Source: Atractiella rhizophila (taxonomy: Eukaryota). From it: a stretch of 55,098 bases of DNA. Position 1 is the stretch's first letter. Every line of letters begins with the position of its first letter. The DNA lies in the NCBI GenBank assembly GCA_021432655.1, contig MU271404.1:17900-72997 (forward strand). Reading direction: 5' to 3'. The notes under the pieces were generated by a model. It was not told the origin of the DNA. It did no database searches and saw only the letters and a list, made by a program, of their open reading frames with translations. The translations under genes and the position numbers were made by a program. Shown here in pieces: positions 26,305 through 39,221 of the stretch.

Positions 26305-28137
26305 ATGCTATTGTTTCTCGTATCAGTAAAACCTGCACCTTCAAGAAGTTCGATCGACCTTTCTTTCACTACTGCTGCGAGGAAGGCGTGGTTGGCTCGC
26401 CAATGCGCGATTCAGTTCTCCTTTCAGACGGCAGACCCCGAATGGCAACTTTCATCGAGAGAGAGAGATGACTCTCTGTATCCCATCACATTTGATGTGG
26501 ATCCCGATGATTTCTGCACCTACTCCGTCCACATTTTGACCGACAAGAGCTGTTCAAGCGTGGTTGGACAGATCAGTGTACACTCGCATACTCCTGTTCC
26601 TCTCCATGACGACGTTCCCTTTCGACTCAATGCTGGATCTAAGGCTGTTCGTCTCGACGTTTTGGTCATGGAAAGATGGGAACATGCACCTTTCACGGAG
26701 CTCCCGAATGAGATGGTGCATACAATCTTCGACGCAATGATAGATGAGCGCGATTACAATGCTAAAACACGGGTATGTTGTGGAAATCCATCCGTGAAAT
26801 TGTCTAACTGTTTATTGCCATAGCAAGGTTCTCGGATCTTCTACCATCTTGCACGCCTTCGATTGGTCAATCATGTCTTCGCAAGAATCGCCTTTCTCAA
26901 AATATGCCGGCTGTCCGGTGTCTATGATATGCCCTTTGCGACGACGACTTCTGACGGTCGAAATTATGACTCTACACCAATCGACCCCATCTACTTAATG
27001 GAGCGGTATCCGACTGAGTTCCCACCTTACCTCGAGATTCTCGAAGTGAAATGGCGTGTGAAATCTAATCGCTTTCCGAAGCTCCTCAAGACGTGGTCCA
27101 TTCTCCTGCACTCCTTCGAACTCAGTTCAAAACTGAAACGTCTTACACTTAGCTTAGGTCCGCCACCGAAAGAATCTCAGCGTAAACGAATCCTTATCGC
27201 CATATCTAACCTCCCCAACCTCAAGATCCTTCTCATGTGGAATAAAATTGAAACCGGCCAAACTCGATGGACAACAGCTGATCTCGCCATCCTGCTGGAA
27301 CAAGAAATACGCTTCGAATTTCTACAGCTCACAGGCTGGGACCTTCTATCCTCCGCCGACTTCTCGCGCTGTAAACTGCCAGCCAATTTCAACGGACTGA
27401 GTTTGGATGGATGTCGTCTCTCTCTACCAGTATTTCGTCAATTCTATCCTTTCGTAGCTCCACATGCTGGGAAAGCCAGAAATAGGGATGATATGAATTA
27501 CCTTTCCCTGAACACCTTCGCTCCCAACCGTCTTAACCCAGAGCAAGTTCTACCACTTGTGGCGGAGATGACGGTCTCCTTGCATATGCTGATAATCACT
27601 CATTGGCTCCACGAGAAAGATAATCTGAACCGTCAGATTATCCTCTCAAACCCACTAGATGAGGGATTTTTGACGTTTCACAGTGCGTGCAGATTTCAAC
27701 GTTTTTCTCAGCTAAAGATGATGTCTCCAGACCTCCGTCGCCTTATCCTCGATGGGACAAACGAAACCTCGAATCTCGTTTCGCCCCATTTCCTTCAAAG
27801 ACTTTCCTGTCCCTCTCTCACTCTCCTCTCCGTTGCGTGCTGCTATTTTGTCCACGAAGACATACACTCTTTCCTATCCTCTCGCTCCAGATTTGTCGCC
27901 GATCGCAGTACGAAATTCTGGTTCAGTTGGACAGCGTTATGGGGCGATATGGCAACAACTGAGCTCGTCCAAGACCTCCTGCAGGTTGACGGCACAAAGA
28001 GGGGTGAAGAGATCGTACTTGAACCATGGAGAGACGGGGAGGAAGGAGATTGGATATTCGATGGAAAAGACTTCAAAGTGACTTTTAATGAGGGAGGAGA
28101 ATATTCCCCATCTATTTTTTCTGGGTATTGGGACTAA
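26305..28137 (+). CDS. Putative F-box/LRR-like protein with beta-rich N-terminal domain (paralog A)
   Basis: F-box-like 'PFTELPNEMVHTIFDAM...LARLRLVNHVF' across intron 26773-26823; LxxLxL repeats ('LKRLTLSL','LPNLKILLM','LRRLILDG','LTLLSV'); clear paralog at 42829-44669. Confidence 0.75.
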
Positions 28138-28514
28138 TCTGCTTAAGTTTTGTGTGCAAAACATCTGTGGGAGTTTACTGACGGAATTCAAAGGATTATA
28201 TCATGCTTGTGTCCATGCTTCAGCCTTGATGATAGTGAGTACTAAAACGGACACAGCAACTTTGGCTGGGATAGCCAGTAGCGCTAAAGAATGTACTTTC
28301 GTATGAATGATGTCTATACAACCAGTCTCCTAATTCAAGTTCAGTAACAAGTCACGTGGCAATTCAGGGTGAATGACGTACCATTGTTTGCAACCAAGTC
28401 CAATTTGCACCTCCACTTCACCGGGCTTTGCAGCAACGATTCGTCTGAGATTCATTGACAACAGGGTTTTAGTGCAGGAAATAAAGTGACACGTACTCCA
28501 AAGGAAGTAAAGAA

Positions 28515-30086
28515 ATGAAGGAGGGAATTCACGTTCAGTGCGCGACGTACGGCAACTCTCCTATTCTTCTTTTTTCACTTATTTTCCACTGTGCCATTAT
28601 TATTTATTGATCGACTGACTTTTTGGATGTGGTTTTATGCTGGTCAGGTACAATGGGAATCTAGGGAAGACTACCCGTGACCTGCACTCCTGGCTTGTCC
28701 CAACACTTTCTAAGGTGCGTCACCATCCCCTGAAGAGTGCAGGTATTTGCCTAATCGATTCTAAAAGAGTAAAGGAGAATCCCCACCTGACATTCTGGCC
28801 GTCGGTTTCCAGTTCGTCTTCTCTTGTCTCATGAATGAACCAAATCTGAAATGTCACCGACAGAGAAGTCCTTCCCTTGCCCCTGGCACTCGCTGGTTTC
28901 ACCAAGCCGGCCCTCCACTTGCACGGCGAACGGATACTAGACACCATCCAATCTTTCGAGCCGTACACCTACTCCCTACTAGCACGTGAAATCATCGGTG
29001 GCACCGCTTTATTGATTTTTGTCAGAAATGGAGGCTTGAGAGGGGAAGTGGCTAATGTACAGGTTGGACGAGCTGCTTGCGGGGTAGGAAATGTGATGGG
29101 CAACAAGGTACGACGCTCTCTGTGAAAAAGCATCTGATGGTGAAGCGATAGACAGGGTGCTGTCGCAGCCCGCCTCGAACTCACGACGGGAGACGTGCTC
29201 ACTTTCCTCTCAGCCCATCTCACCCCTCACGATGGGAACTTCGAACGGAGGAATAAAGATTTCAGAACCATTGTACAGAGGCTAGTTTTCAGGAATCACA
29301 AGTCCAAGACGGAGTTTCAGATTTATGACACAAACTGTAATTTGCCTGCCTTGTCTGAGGTGGATTATGCTGACCGGTGTGATGGCAAGACCTCTTTTTC
29401 TTCGGTGACCTCAACTACCGCCTCTCCTTCCCCTCCTCTCGCGCTCCTCCTCGCCCTACCTTGTTGAACAATATACATTCGGATCCTGTCTCCCTCCTCA
29501 ACCAATCCGACGAGCTTCTCCCCCTCCTGCGAGCTTCCAAAGCGTCCGGAGCACGCCTGTATGCGGGAATGGAGGAACAATTCATTGGCTTCAAGCCAAC
29601 ATATAAGTTTAAGACCGGAAAGGAAGAAGGATATTCAACAAAGAGGACTCCAGCGTGGTGTGATAGAGTCCTCTTCGCTGCAGCGGAGGGGAGGAAGGTG
29701 GAAGGGAAGGGATATCTGAGTGTGGAGGAATTCGTAGAGTCTGATCACAAAGTTTGTCCATCTATCACATTTTCTGGCATATTGATGAGACCATGTCACT
29801 GTAGCCTGTAACAGCGCACTTCTACCTCCCTCCTTCTATTTCCGAAGCAGGAGACTTCATTCCCTGTCCCTACCATATCAACCCCTACTATCGTTACCTC
29901 TCCTTACTTGGACTCTTCATCGATCGATTGGTCGGATTTGTCTGGACGGTACTAACTCTACTCCTTCACCCTGGAAGCATGGGAAGAGGTGTCCTCGCTG
30001 CGAGTTTGGTAGGATTAGCTGGTGTTTGGTGGAGCGGCTGGATGGGAGTTGTGAGCGCTAGATTTATGGGATTCCTAGGATATTAA
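28515..30086 (+). CDS. Inositol polyphosphate 5-phosphatase, Inp54-like with C-terminal hydrophobic tail
   Basis: 'GNVMGNKGAVAARLE', 'FLSAHLTPH', 'FFGDLNYR', 'PTYKF', 'RTPAWCDRVL', 'SDHKPV'; last exon encodes hydrophobic 'LSLLGLFIDRLVGFVWTVLTLLL...GVLAASLVGLAGVWW', as in the tail-anchored Inp54. Confidence 0.9.
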
Positions 30087-30380
30087 GTTCAGAAGGGCGA
30101 AGATGGAAGCAGTAGATGCTGAAGCTTTTGGACGTTGCCTTGCGCTAACTGCTGACTTTACATTTTGCGGATTCGCCTCGTGGAACTGTTGTCATATTTC
30201 CTCCACGATTTCTTATGTCTCAATTTGTACTCTATGACCATGTTCTCATGTATGTGACGAAATAGACTGGATTAATGCCGCATTGATTCCTAAGATTTAA
30301 GGTGCCGAAAGCATATTGCAATCGAGTCGTTGCTTCAGTTGCAAAACCAAACCACGAAGGGAGCTCCCTTCCCATCTTTA

Positions 30381-32900
30381 ATGCCCACAGAACCTGCCAA
30401 CGCTACATCTATGACACTCGGCGGTCCAGGACCACCCAATTCTCTTACCTTGTCATCCCTTTCTGCCAACAGCAACGGCAATGGCAACGCCATCGTATCA
30501 TCTCCGTCTAACTCAAGACCACCCTCGCAGCAGGGGCAGCCAAGAATGAGGAGTTGGGCTGGAAAGGGTGGAAGAAGGAATAATCTCTATGAGGGAACAA
30601 ATTTGAATCATGTATGTTTCTCTCATCGCAAATGACGTGAGGTCTTGCAGCGAGTGTTACATAATGCGCGATAAGCCTTTTGCCTCGCTTTCTAGACACA
30701 GTGGTACTATGGTATTTCTACTGCACATTCTCTATTTTAGTTCCACTGAATCTGTTTGGATTGGACGATGAGCTCATCAATTGACTTCTGTCCCACCTGC
30801 CCACGTTCCAGCTTCTCGGCTTCAGTCTTACCCCTCGAAGTGGCGCCTCTTCATCCTCTGCTTCTCGAGTAGAATACAAGCGTTCGACTGGCGGTCCATC
30901 ATTCAAGGCTTTGCCCTTCAATAAAGAACGCTATGTTCACGGTAAGCCAAGACCATTCCTCATCATGTTCAACAACCAAAGCTGACTGATTATGTATAGT
31001 GCAACACAGATTCATAGTCCGGCCGAATTTCAGTGAGTCCTATGCTTCCGCATGGGATGATGACATGAAATGACGGCTTTGCCATGATTCAAGATCCAGC
31101 GATTTATATTCGAGATGCAGATGTGCCTATTCCTTGGAACGACATCTTGCAGATTGTGTTACCCATCAATTCTTCACTACACACTCTTCCTCCCACGCAG
31201 ACGCATGGGCCAGTTGAATTGTCTGGAAGGAATGGTGGGCATCCCAATTGCCCCATCTGCTTGGAAGTTCCTCGGTCAGGTAAGCTCAAACGACACTTTC
31301 CTGAGGAGGTCTTGATGTTTTGTTGCCAGCACGCATGGCACGCTGCGGGCACACATACTGTTTGTTCCTTCATTTTCCTCCAGATTAGAGATTGAACCGC
31401 AAATGAACCAGGCTACCCTTGCATCTTGCATTTTCTTGAGCTCTCAGAACATTCTTACGGTCCGACTCAGCGCGACAACAAGTATCAACCCTGCCCCGTC
31501 TGCGGCGAAGGCATTTGGGCACGAGAGTTGAAGAGCGTCCGATTTTGGGATTATGACGATCCCTCGCTGACGGCTGGGTCCCCTCCTTCAGAAACAGTCA
31601 GCGCTGACTCGACAAAACGTCTGATGGGTATCCTACGGATGCGCTTAATGTCCCGCTCCAGTACTCGGACGGTCTCTCTCCCCACTCCCACTCAATCATC
31701 TGCAGAGTGTGAACCCATCTCAACCGCTCAGCTCGCACTGGAGCTGACAACTTCGAATGTTGATGCCTTGAAATTTTCCAAATTCGCGATAGCAACGTCA
31801 GATTATTACCTCTCGTCTTTACGAAGAGATATAGAGGACTTGAATCAGTTGGACAAGGAGGCATCAGGCGATAGCATTGAACGTGGTTTCGTTGATCGAG
31901 TGCGAGCGAAGGTTGAGCGGGAAATAGCACGCGTGATAAATGATGTGGAGATGGGAACGTGGGATGTCCTGCCTGATAAATCGACACCAGTAGTTGGAGG
32001 GACGCCTGGAAAGTGGGGTAGGAAGAAGAACGACTTTGATACCCGGAGCGAAGGAGCTGTGACTCCAGTCGAGAAGCAGACCGTTTACAACTTCTATCAG
32101 GCCGCGAGTGGCGAGCCGCTCTATCTCTCCCCTCTCGATTATCGTCTTGTCAAGGAACAAGCCGACTCTCAACCCCTCCCGCTTGAAATTTCCGTGCCCG
32201 TCGAACATGTCGAATGGCTTTCTGTCGGTGAAGACAGCAGGCGACGTTACAAGTGGCTTGGAGGTGGTACTGCGCTTACTAGCGAAGTCGGATTTGTGGA
32301 GATTGCTGGTGATGAATTGGAGAGGGTACAGAGGAGGACGAGAAGAGAAGAAAGGATGCGTGCAGAAGAGAAGAGGCAGAAAGCGAAGGAGAAGGAAGCA
32401 GCGATGAGAAGTCAGGATCGGGCAGACGAGGAAGGATGGCTTGATCGGATATGGAATGGGCTTCCTAGCCTCCTGCCCGATGATGGGGTTGGGTTCGATG
32501 GTCCCAGGGTGGATGACGAAAAACAGTTCGTTCAATTGCCTAGAAGGACCGAGCCACAGACGGAAGATGGAGGACCAACGACCGTTTGGGGAACTAGAGC
32601 CGTCCCAGTATCATCGATTGTTGTTCAAGGAGGAGAGCTGAGGGAGAGAGAGGAAGAGGATGATGAATTAAGGGAGAGGAGGAGAAGAAGGGAAGAGTTG
32701 GAGGCTGCTTGGAGGACTTTAGAAGATAATGTACTGTGTACGTCTCTTTTGCCCTTCTCTCCCCCCAGAGAAGCAATATTGATCTAGTGTCGAAAGCAGT
32801 CGAACAAGTGGTAGAGGACAAAGACAAGAAAGGACGGAAGAAGAAAAAGAAGACAGTGCTCTCCCTCGCAGGTGGAGGGGCCGTCATGGGACGACGTTGA
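30381..32900 (+). CDS. MAG2: RNF10/Mag2-like RING-finger E3 ubiquitin ligase
   Basis: 'NLNHLLGF', 'FNKERYVH', 'DADVPIPWNDILQI', RING 'CPICLE...RCGHTYC..CILHF...CPVC', 'FYQAASGEPLYLSPLD', 'RRRYKWL' and lysine-rich end 'KGRKKKKKTVLSLAGGG'. Confidence 0.85.
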
Positions 32901-34005
32901 TGGATCGATTATTTAGACATGGCATGGGTACTATCTATTCCAACCGAAATTCCTTTCTTATTAGCTGATCCAGAGAGGATTCGATATTCAAGTTAAATCG
33001 ATTTGCTCGATTCGGTTGTTGTGTGAACTACAGAGTTGTTATGCAACTTACAGTGTATTTTTACCACCTTCCTGCATTCCCCTTTCCTTTCGCTGTGATG
33101 AAGCCCTAAACGTCACTGTAGACTAAGAAGCAGACTTGCTCTCAAGGTTTGAGGTACAAATATCCAAACGCTAGTCTGTGTCTCGATCCTGAACAGTCGA
33201 TCTGTGCCAGGTAGTTTTCCAATTCCGTGCTTCATCAGAAGCCTCGCTCTTTCTTTATGCTGCAATAAGTTTGGTAGAAGCTCCACTAAAACACGTGGCG
33301 CACTTTTCGATGGGGAGATCGATGTGTCTTTATTGCAGCTGGATTGATCCAAATTGGTCGAAGAATCACTAAGGTACCTAAACAAACCCATTGTCGATGA
33401 GGACGTGTAGTTAGTCAGAGGACACGGGCGAAGGTGAAGATCTGAAGCGACATTGATCCAACTCCTTGCCAAGAAGGGAAAGAACCCTGATCTCAGAGTT
33501 CATAAAGGCTCTTCTTGCCTCTTTCGAAGCCTGGAAAATTGCAAGAACATTGAAAAATAGGTCCTGTCGCGTGCTGCCAGACATGGCAAGCCAGTTCTTT
33601 GTTCTTTAAGATTCGGGACTTTTCGGCTTCAAGATTAGCTCAGAATGTGAAATGCTCAACATTGCAGTCCATGGCACCACGTGATTCACAGATATGAGAT
33701 ATTCGTAAGAAAAACCTACAGTAAGTGGACCACTAGCTAGGAATGTTCCCTGCCCAAAATCAAGTGAAAATTCGAAACGATGGCACGCCTTTGGATTGTG
33801 AAGTAGTCAACACATGAGAACCAAATACTACTTTATTACATCCAAACAAGCCAAATCAGACGATGTCAACTTTAATACCACGCTCCCCGAAGCTGACTGG
33901 AATTATTGAATCTGAAGGTGCAGAAAGTGCAAGATCTGGAGATAGCTTCCGAGAAACCATAAAAGCTGATGGCTCTTTGGGCTGAGCGCCACATCTCTTG
34001 TTGGA

Positions 34006-34449
34006 ATGAGCAATGGGGAAGAGATGAAGAAGATGTTTGCGCTCAAAAATTGGATGCGAAGGCGGGTCCCTAGACGCCTTCGAAAACGATCCAAACAACA
34101 GGCTCAGAAAGTCTTTGTTCAAAAACAGGAGCACAACGAGGCAGAAAGCGACATATCAGGACGCACCTCACCATCCCCAGCTCCTTCAGAAGTTCCGTGG
34201 GCCGTCTCCTCTGCGTTCTACTGCTCATTCCCGGCTCCCCCGCCTAGAGAAGAAAGGTCTCGCTCACTTCCATTCATCTACCAATCCACAGATGCACCGC
34301 CAACCTACTTCGTGCCTTTCGGTGGAAAGGAAAGACGCAGCTCGCTGGATGATTTGGACAAGCTGCGGATTCGAGAGATGGCCAGGAGGGATGAGATGAG
34401 GAGGAGAGATGCTGTGATGGATAGGAGTCTATCATCCATCGGTTTTTGA
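34006..34449 (+). CDS. Small hypothetical basic/low-complexity protein
   Basis: 147-codon ATG ORF in an otherwise intergenic gap, followed by splice-like signals after the stop; no recognisable family. Confidence 0.4.
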   Translation: MSNGEEMKKMFALKNWMRRRVPRRLRKRSKQQAQKVFVQKQEHNEAESDISGRTSPSPAPSEVPWAVSSAFYCSFPAPPPREERSRSLPFIYQSTDAPPTYFVPFGGKERRSSLDDLDKLRIREMARRDEMRRRDAVMDRSLSSIGF

Positions 34450-35073
34450 GGTAAGAATCCCTTAATCTCGTTTCTTCAGACAACTGATGCCATCCCTCCT
34501 GATAAGTACTGAAGGTACCGGGTAGCAACACGCTCACCTCTTCACTTTCCCTTAATTCGCATAAACAACATTAGGCGACATCAAATCCATCATTCTTTTC
34601 GAGTCCAGAGCCCGCAGGTATCGCCAAAATCTTGTCCTTCTCCTTATATCGCCGCACACTCGTTCGAGCTTCACGTCAATCCTTTTCTGCCTCGGATGTC
34701 GAATCATTCGAGGAATAGCTGAATCAGTCAAGTCAGCTCATCAACACTTCAACTTGGGATCCTGCCTACCACCTTATTTCGTTCAGAATCCTTCCTTTCA
34801 AACCCGGTTTCCCAGAGTCGGTCGGACAGTCTTGATTGCCTTTTCCTGCGCCTCCAAAGTTAACTACTATCGTTTGTTCTCCATAAAAGAACATATTACC
34901 TATATGTAATCATCAATCGTCGTTTCTGATATCCTTTATTGTTGGATTCTTACAACCACGTGACTCAAGAAGGTCACAACAGAACAAGCAAATTTACCTC
35001 AGAATGAATCTATCGCATCATAAGTACAATACACGGTATCGTTACTGAGTAGCCTCATTTATGGCTAGAGAAT

Positions 35074-38000
35074 CTAAGCAGCCATGACCTTCCTCAGCAC
35101 ATCCTTTTCCTCTTCAGCCAAAGCTCCGCCAATAGTCCCTTCCAATCCAGATGGCCCACATTGGGCATTCATCTCTTTGAGAACAGCTGCAACATGCTGC
35201 TGTACATCCACGTTGTAGATTGGATCGTCTTTTAGGTCTTGATCCGACTCTTGAGTGTCAAAAGGAGCATCATCGCCTGCCACAGCACCGGACAAGAAGT
35301 CTAAACAAAGTGAATTCTTAGTGTTTCTGCGAGCAAGAGTGGAAGCGAATGAATCGACCTGATAGCAACTGCAGATCTGAGTCCTTAACCGTCGGGTCGT
35401 CTTCTTCCTCCCAATCGTCATCCTTTCTCATCCGAGTTAACCAGAAAACAAGAACAAGGCAAGGAACTCACCCCATCATCACTGTTAATCTCGGAATCTA
35501 CTGTCTCGTTCTTGGACGTGATTACCGCATCGTCACCTGCACTCTGAAGCTCATGGAGCAGCACTTTGACACACTTGATCGGGAACGGAATCATGGTATA
35601 CTGATCCGGATCTGGTCACGTTCTTGTTAGGCTCTTCCTCTCCGGAGTTGGACAAAGAGGCTGACTTTGTCTCGCACGCGAACGAGTCATAATTACTATT
35701 AGCCATGTGATGGAGTAAGATGGCAGCTTTCAGCATGGAACCCAGCTGAACGCACCATTTGCATTTTGTGCTGTAATGATTCGGTCTCCCTTGACGATCA
35801 CGTTATTGAGTGAAGGCCGTTGCGCAACCAAGAGTTTCGACAGTGCGACGGTGCTTCGAGCAGAAACGATGTCAGGGTCGATATTTTTATATTGAGAGGC
35901 AATAGGGGAAAGTACCTGACTTTGATGTTCCAATAACCCTGAAAATATCCATAATTATCGATCCAGGTAGTCAGAAGGACCTCTAGACCGTTCTTCTGAC
36001 TTCCGTCAGTCGTGGTAACCGTCACACCTTCCAAGAGATTCAAGACTGTATCCATCTCGCCAGCTTGTATGAGAAAAGCGAAAGGTAGAATCAAACTCTG
36101 TGTCAACGCTTAATATAGGCAAAAAGTTAGGATTGACGCGAACCTGAATGAAACTAACGGTCGTAGCGGTGCCCAAACGCTTAACGAAAGCAGTCAAGAG
36201 ATCGGGCAATATGGGTAGAACGGCTTGGCTCGCTTTTCGTAGGAGGTGGACGACGAGATCGCCAACATACATTCCTCCGCTTTCGTTTGAGAAACCTCCA
36301 GAGCCACTGAGAGATCGTGAAACGATTTGGAAAATATAATCCAAGCCTGTGTGAGACTCGTCGCGCCTACTCTGCTTTAAGAAAAGTAGAGGTGAAAATA
36401 GAGCACGAACCAGTTGACGATTTGCTGTACATCTTTTCGTACCATAGATGTCAGGGCTTTCAATCCTTCCTATGTCACACACGTTAGCTTGATACATACA
36501 AGATAAAAAGGCGTTACCATCATAATATCAGGATCTTCCGAAGTCAAAAGTAGCTTGAGAACTGGGCCGGCCCAAGGATTGAAGAACCCTTCTCCTATGG
36601 CAAAGTTTTCTGATCCAAGATGCTTCCGAGAATGTCTAGTGCAGGCTCTGCTTGCGGCGCATCAGGATTGGAAAGGGCTGTAGAAATGGCTTCGGAGAGT
36701 TTTGGAAGGACAAGAGCCACGAGCAGTTGGTTGGCGAGAGGAGTAGATGTTGCAGCGACGCTGCCAAAGAAATCTCCAACTGCGGCGGTGAGGATTGGAT
36801 CTACGTGGTTTCCATCAGTACAAGCTCTACTACAAGCTCTACTACCTGAAGAGAATTTACCTTGAAAATGTGAGCCCCAAGCATGAAGAACAGCATCAGA
36901 CATGACCTCGGCAGTTTCTTCGTCTAACAACTCTCCACCAGCAGAAACGGCCGCTTGTAAAGTTTCGATGAGGAGGACGGTGACATTATCTGTCGTTTGA
37001 GCGAGGAGAGGAGCCAGGTCTTTAATGATGCGAACATTCTTGATATTCATTGCTCCAGGCGGAAGAAGTTTTGAGAAACTGTATCCGTCATGTAAGTGTT
37101 GGGACGAAACATGATATAGAAGCATACTTTTTGACTGCTCGCACGCTTGAGATTTTGACTGGGACTGAAGCGTCTGGCTTTTGGAGAACCTCCATCGCCG
37201 CTTCAACATATCTTTCTGCGACGCCAGGAGGTAAAACGGAACTGAACTGGCTGGCGAAGACAAAGGCGCGTCCTTGAAGGAATGGATGTTCTGCAGGAGA
37301 CTCGTTAGGAAGTTCCGAATAAACTCCTAGGAAATCGTACGGATATTCGGTAGATTAGGAAAGACTATGCCATCAAACAACGATCCAATATTGAAGAAGT
37401 TGGCAGCCTCCCCATTTTCAGACAAGAAGTCGATCAGTTCTGCAGAAATGGAAGCTGTGGCATTTAGGACGGCCTCGTAGCCTTTCCACCTTTTGCACAA
37501 TTAATCAGAAGAATGATCTTTAGGATAATCGAACCAATCTTTTTCTCCAGCTTGTCTCTGAGCTTCAGATTCTGCAGTCACCTGTTGAATGGCAGTCCAC
37601 AGCGCATGTGCCGTTTCGATCTCATAGGCATCCCTTAACACCTAACCGTCCGTCGTGATAAATATTCTATTCGAAATCAACAGATGAAGGGAGAGCTCAC
37701 GCTTAATAGATCCATCGCCGCAAGTCTGACATCAAACTTCGCCAGTTCATCTTCCTCATCAGCAATCATTGCCGACGCGTCATTCGCCCACTCTTCCTCC
37801 TTCTCTTCGCTCATTTTTCCATACTGAAGTGTGAGGGCAATTAAGGTCTCCAACTCCTTCTTCGGCAATTTATTCTCGATCAAGATCTTCTTTGCCGGTT
37901 TCCGTTTTGTCGAATTACAGAGCCAATCTAGACAGTTCGCAATAGTGTTCTCCAGATCTGAGGAAAGGTCACTCGATTCCATCTCCTCTTCTGTTGGAGG

Positions 38001-39221
38001 AAGGTTCGGCTGCGGAAGAGAGGTATTGAGGTATAACGCGCGATAATACGGATAAAGGGAAGCCAGGGTGCTGATTCCTGACCATAAGAGAGGTTGGAGA
38101 TGCGGGGTGAGAGATTTCGCAAAACATGTCTGAATCGTATCGAGCGTCTAGGTATCCGGTATTTAACACGTCATCTTTGGAAATAGTCAGCAAATGGAAA
38201 CCAACCTTGGACACTGCACCGACTATCACCTCTTCTCCTGGCTCACGTGCCTGCAAGAAAGCTTCGAAGCTGCTCAACCATCTTGGGAGAATTTCGGACA
38301 CTGCAGTCTGCACAGCCTGTGGATGATTGTCCTTGACCATGAAGAGGGTCTCCACGCATTGTCTGAAGATAAGGACTGCTCTTGCCCTCGTCGAGGGCGA
38401 ATGCACCTTACCCGCCAGAATCATTAGGGTTTTATCTGCAAAGCCGAAATACAAACCTGTCGGGTCTGAAAAATGTCCTGCAGCCTTGGAAGCATGTCTC
38501 TTGCTAGAGGTATGAGCTGATCTTCTGACAGATCTGCGCCGACAAAATCATTCAGCACACGGAGTGCGCCGTGGACGGAAGTAGCATTGGGAGAGGAGAG
38601 GAGAGTGAGCAGTTGCTGAGGGAGGTTTGGCCACGCATCAGGATAGTCGGTGTGCGCAATGTTAGACACAAGTTTTGCCTACACAAGAAAAGGCGTCAGT
38701 ATACACTGGTGACAGGTGCAGAAACAGTGAACTAGCTGCAGATCTTCGCCGTCTCATGGCTCACACGCGTCCCAATATACGAAAAAAGAAAGACTCACGC
38801 ATCCACTCCTAATCTTCCCTTCCGGACTCTCCAACCCCTCCCAGACTCCTTTTCTAACGACCCCCTTCGCCTCTTCAGGCAAAGCCATTCTTCTCCCTCC
38901 CTCATATTCCATCCCGACAAACTCCTTGTTACCCAAACTCCAAGTCGCCAAAACATACTTGTCAAGCGTTGTCGTTGCCGATTGCCTCAAAGGTAGCGGA
39001 ACAGAGGGATTCAGGAGCAGCTGGACAAGTGCAGCTCCCGTATCTTTGCAGAAAACAAGCGTCAATCGAGATCACGACTTTGGGACGGGGGAAACAGAGA
39101 TCGACGCAAAGTACACACCGGGTCGGTTGTAATAAATCTGCCTGAGCTCGAGCTCAGCCTTGATGCGCACATTCCCATCTGGAGAGAGTGTCGCTTCGAG
39201 CACCTGTGCGAGCGCTTCCAT
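35074..39221 (-). CDS. KAP114: Importin-9 / Kap114 karyopherin-beta, multi-exon
   Basis: IBN_N start 'MEALAQVLEATLSPDGNVRIKAELEL', 'LRQSA', 'IAHTDYPDAWPNL', 'EEEWANDASAMIADEEDE', 'HPFLQGRAFVFASQF', 'YVGDLVVHLLRKA', 'GYFQGYW', 'DLKDDPIYNVD'. Confidence 0.92.

Noticed and set aside
33113..33472. Minus-strand 119-aa ORF in the intergenic gap
   Set aside because: No recognisable motif or clear exon structure; cannot be distinguished from a chance ORF.
36819..36845. 12-bp tandem repeat (tacaagctctac x2)
   Set aside because: Small slippage duplication in an importin intron with no evident function.
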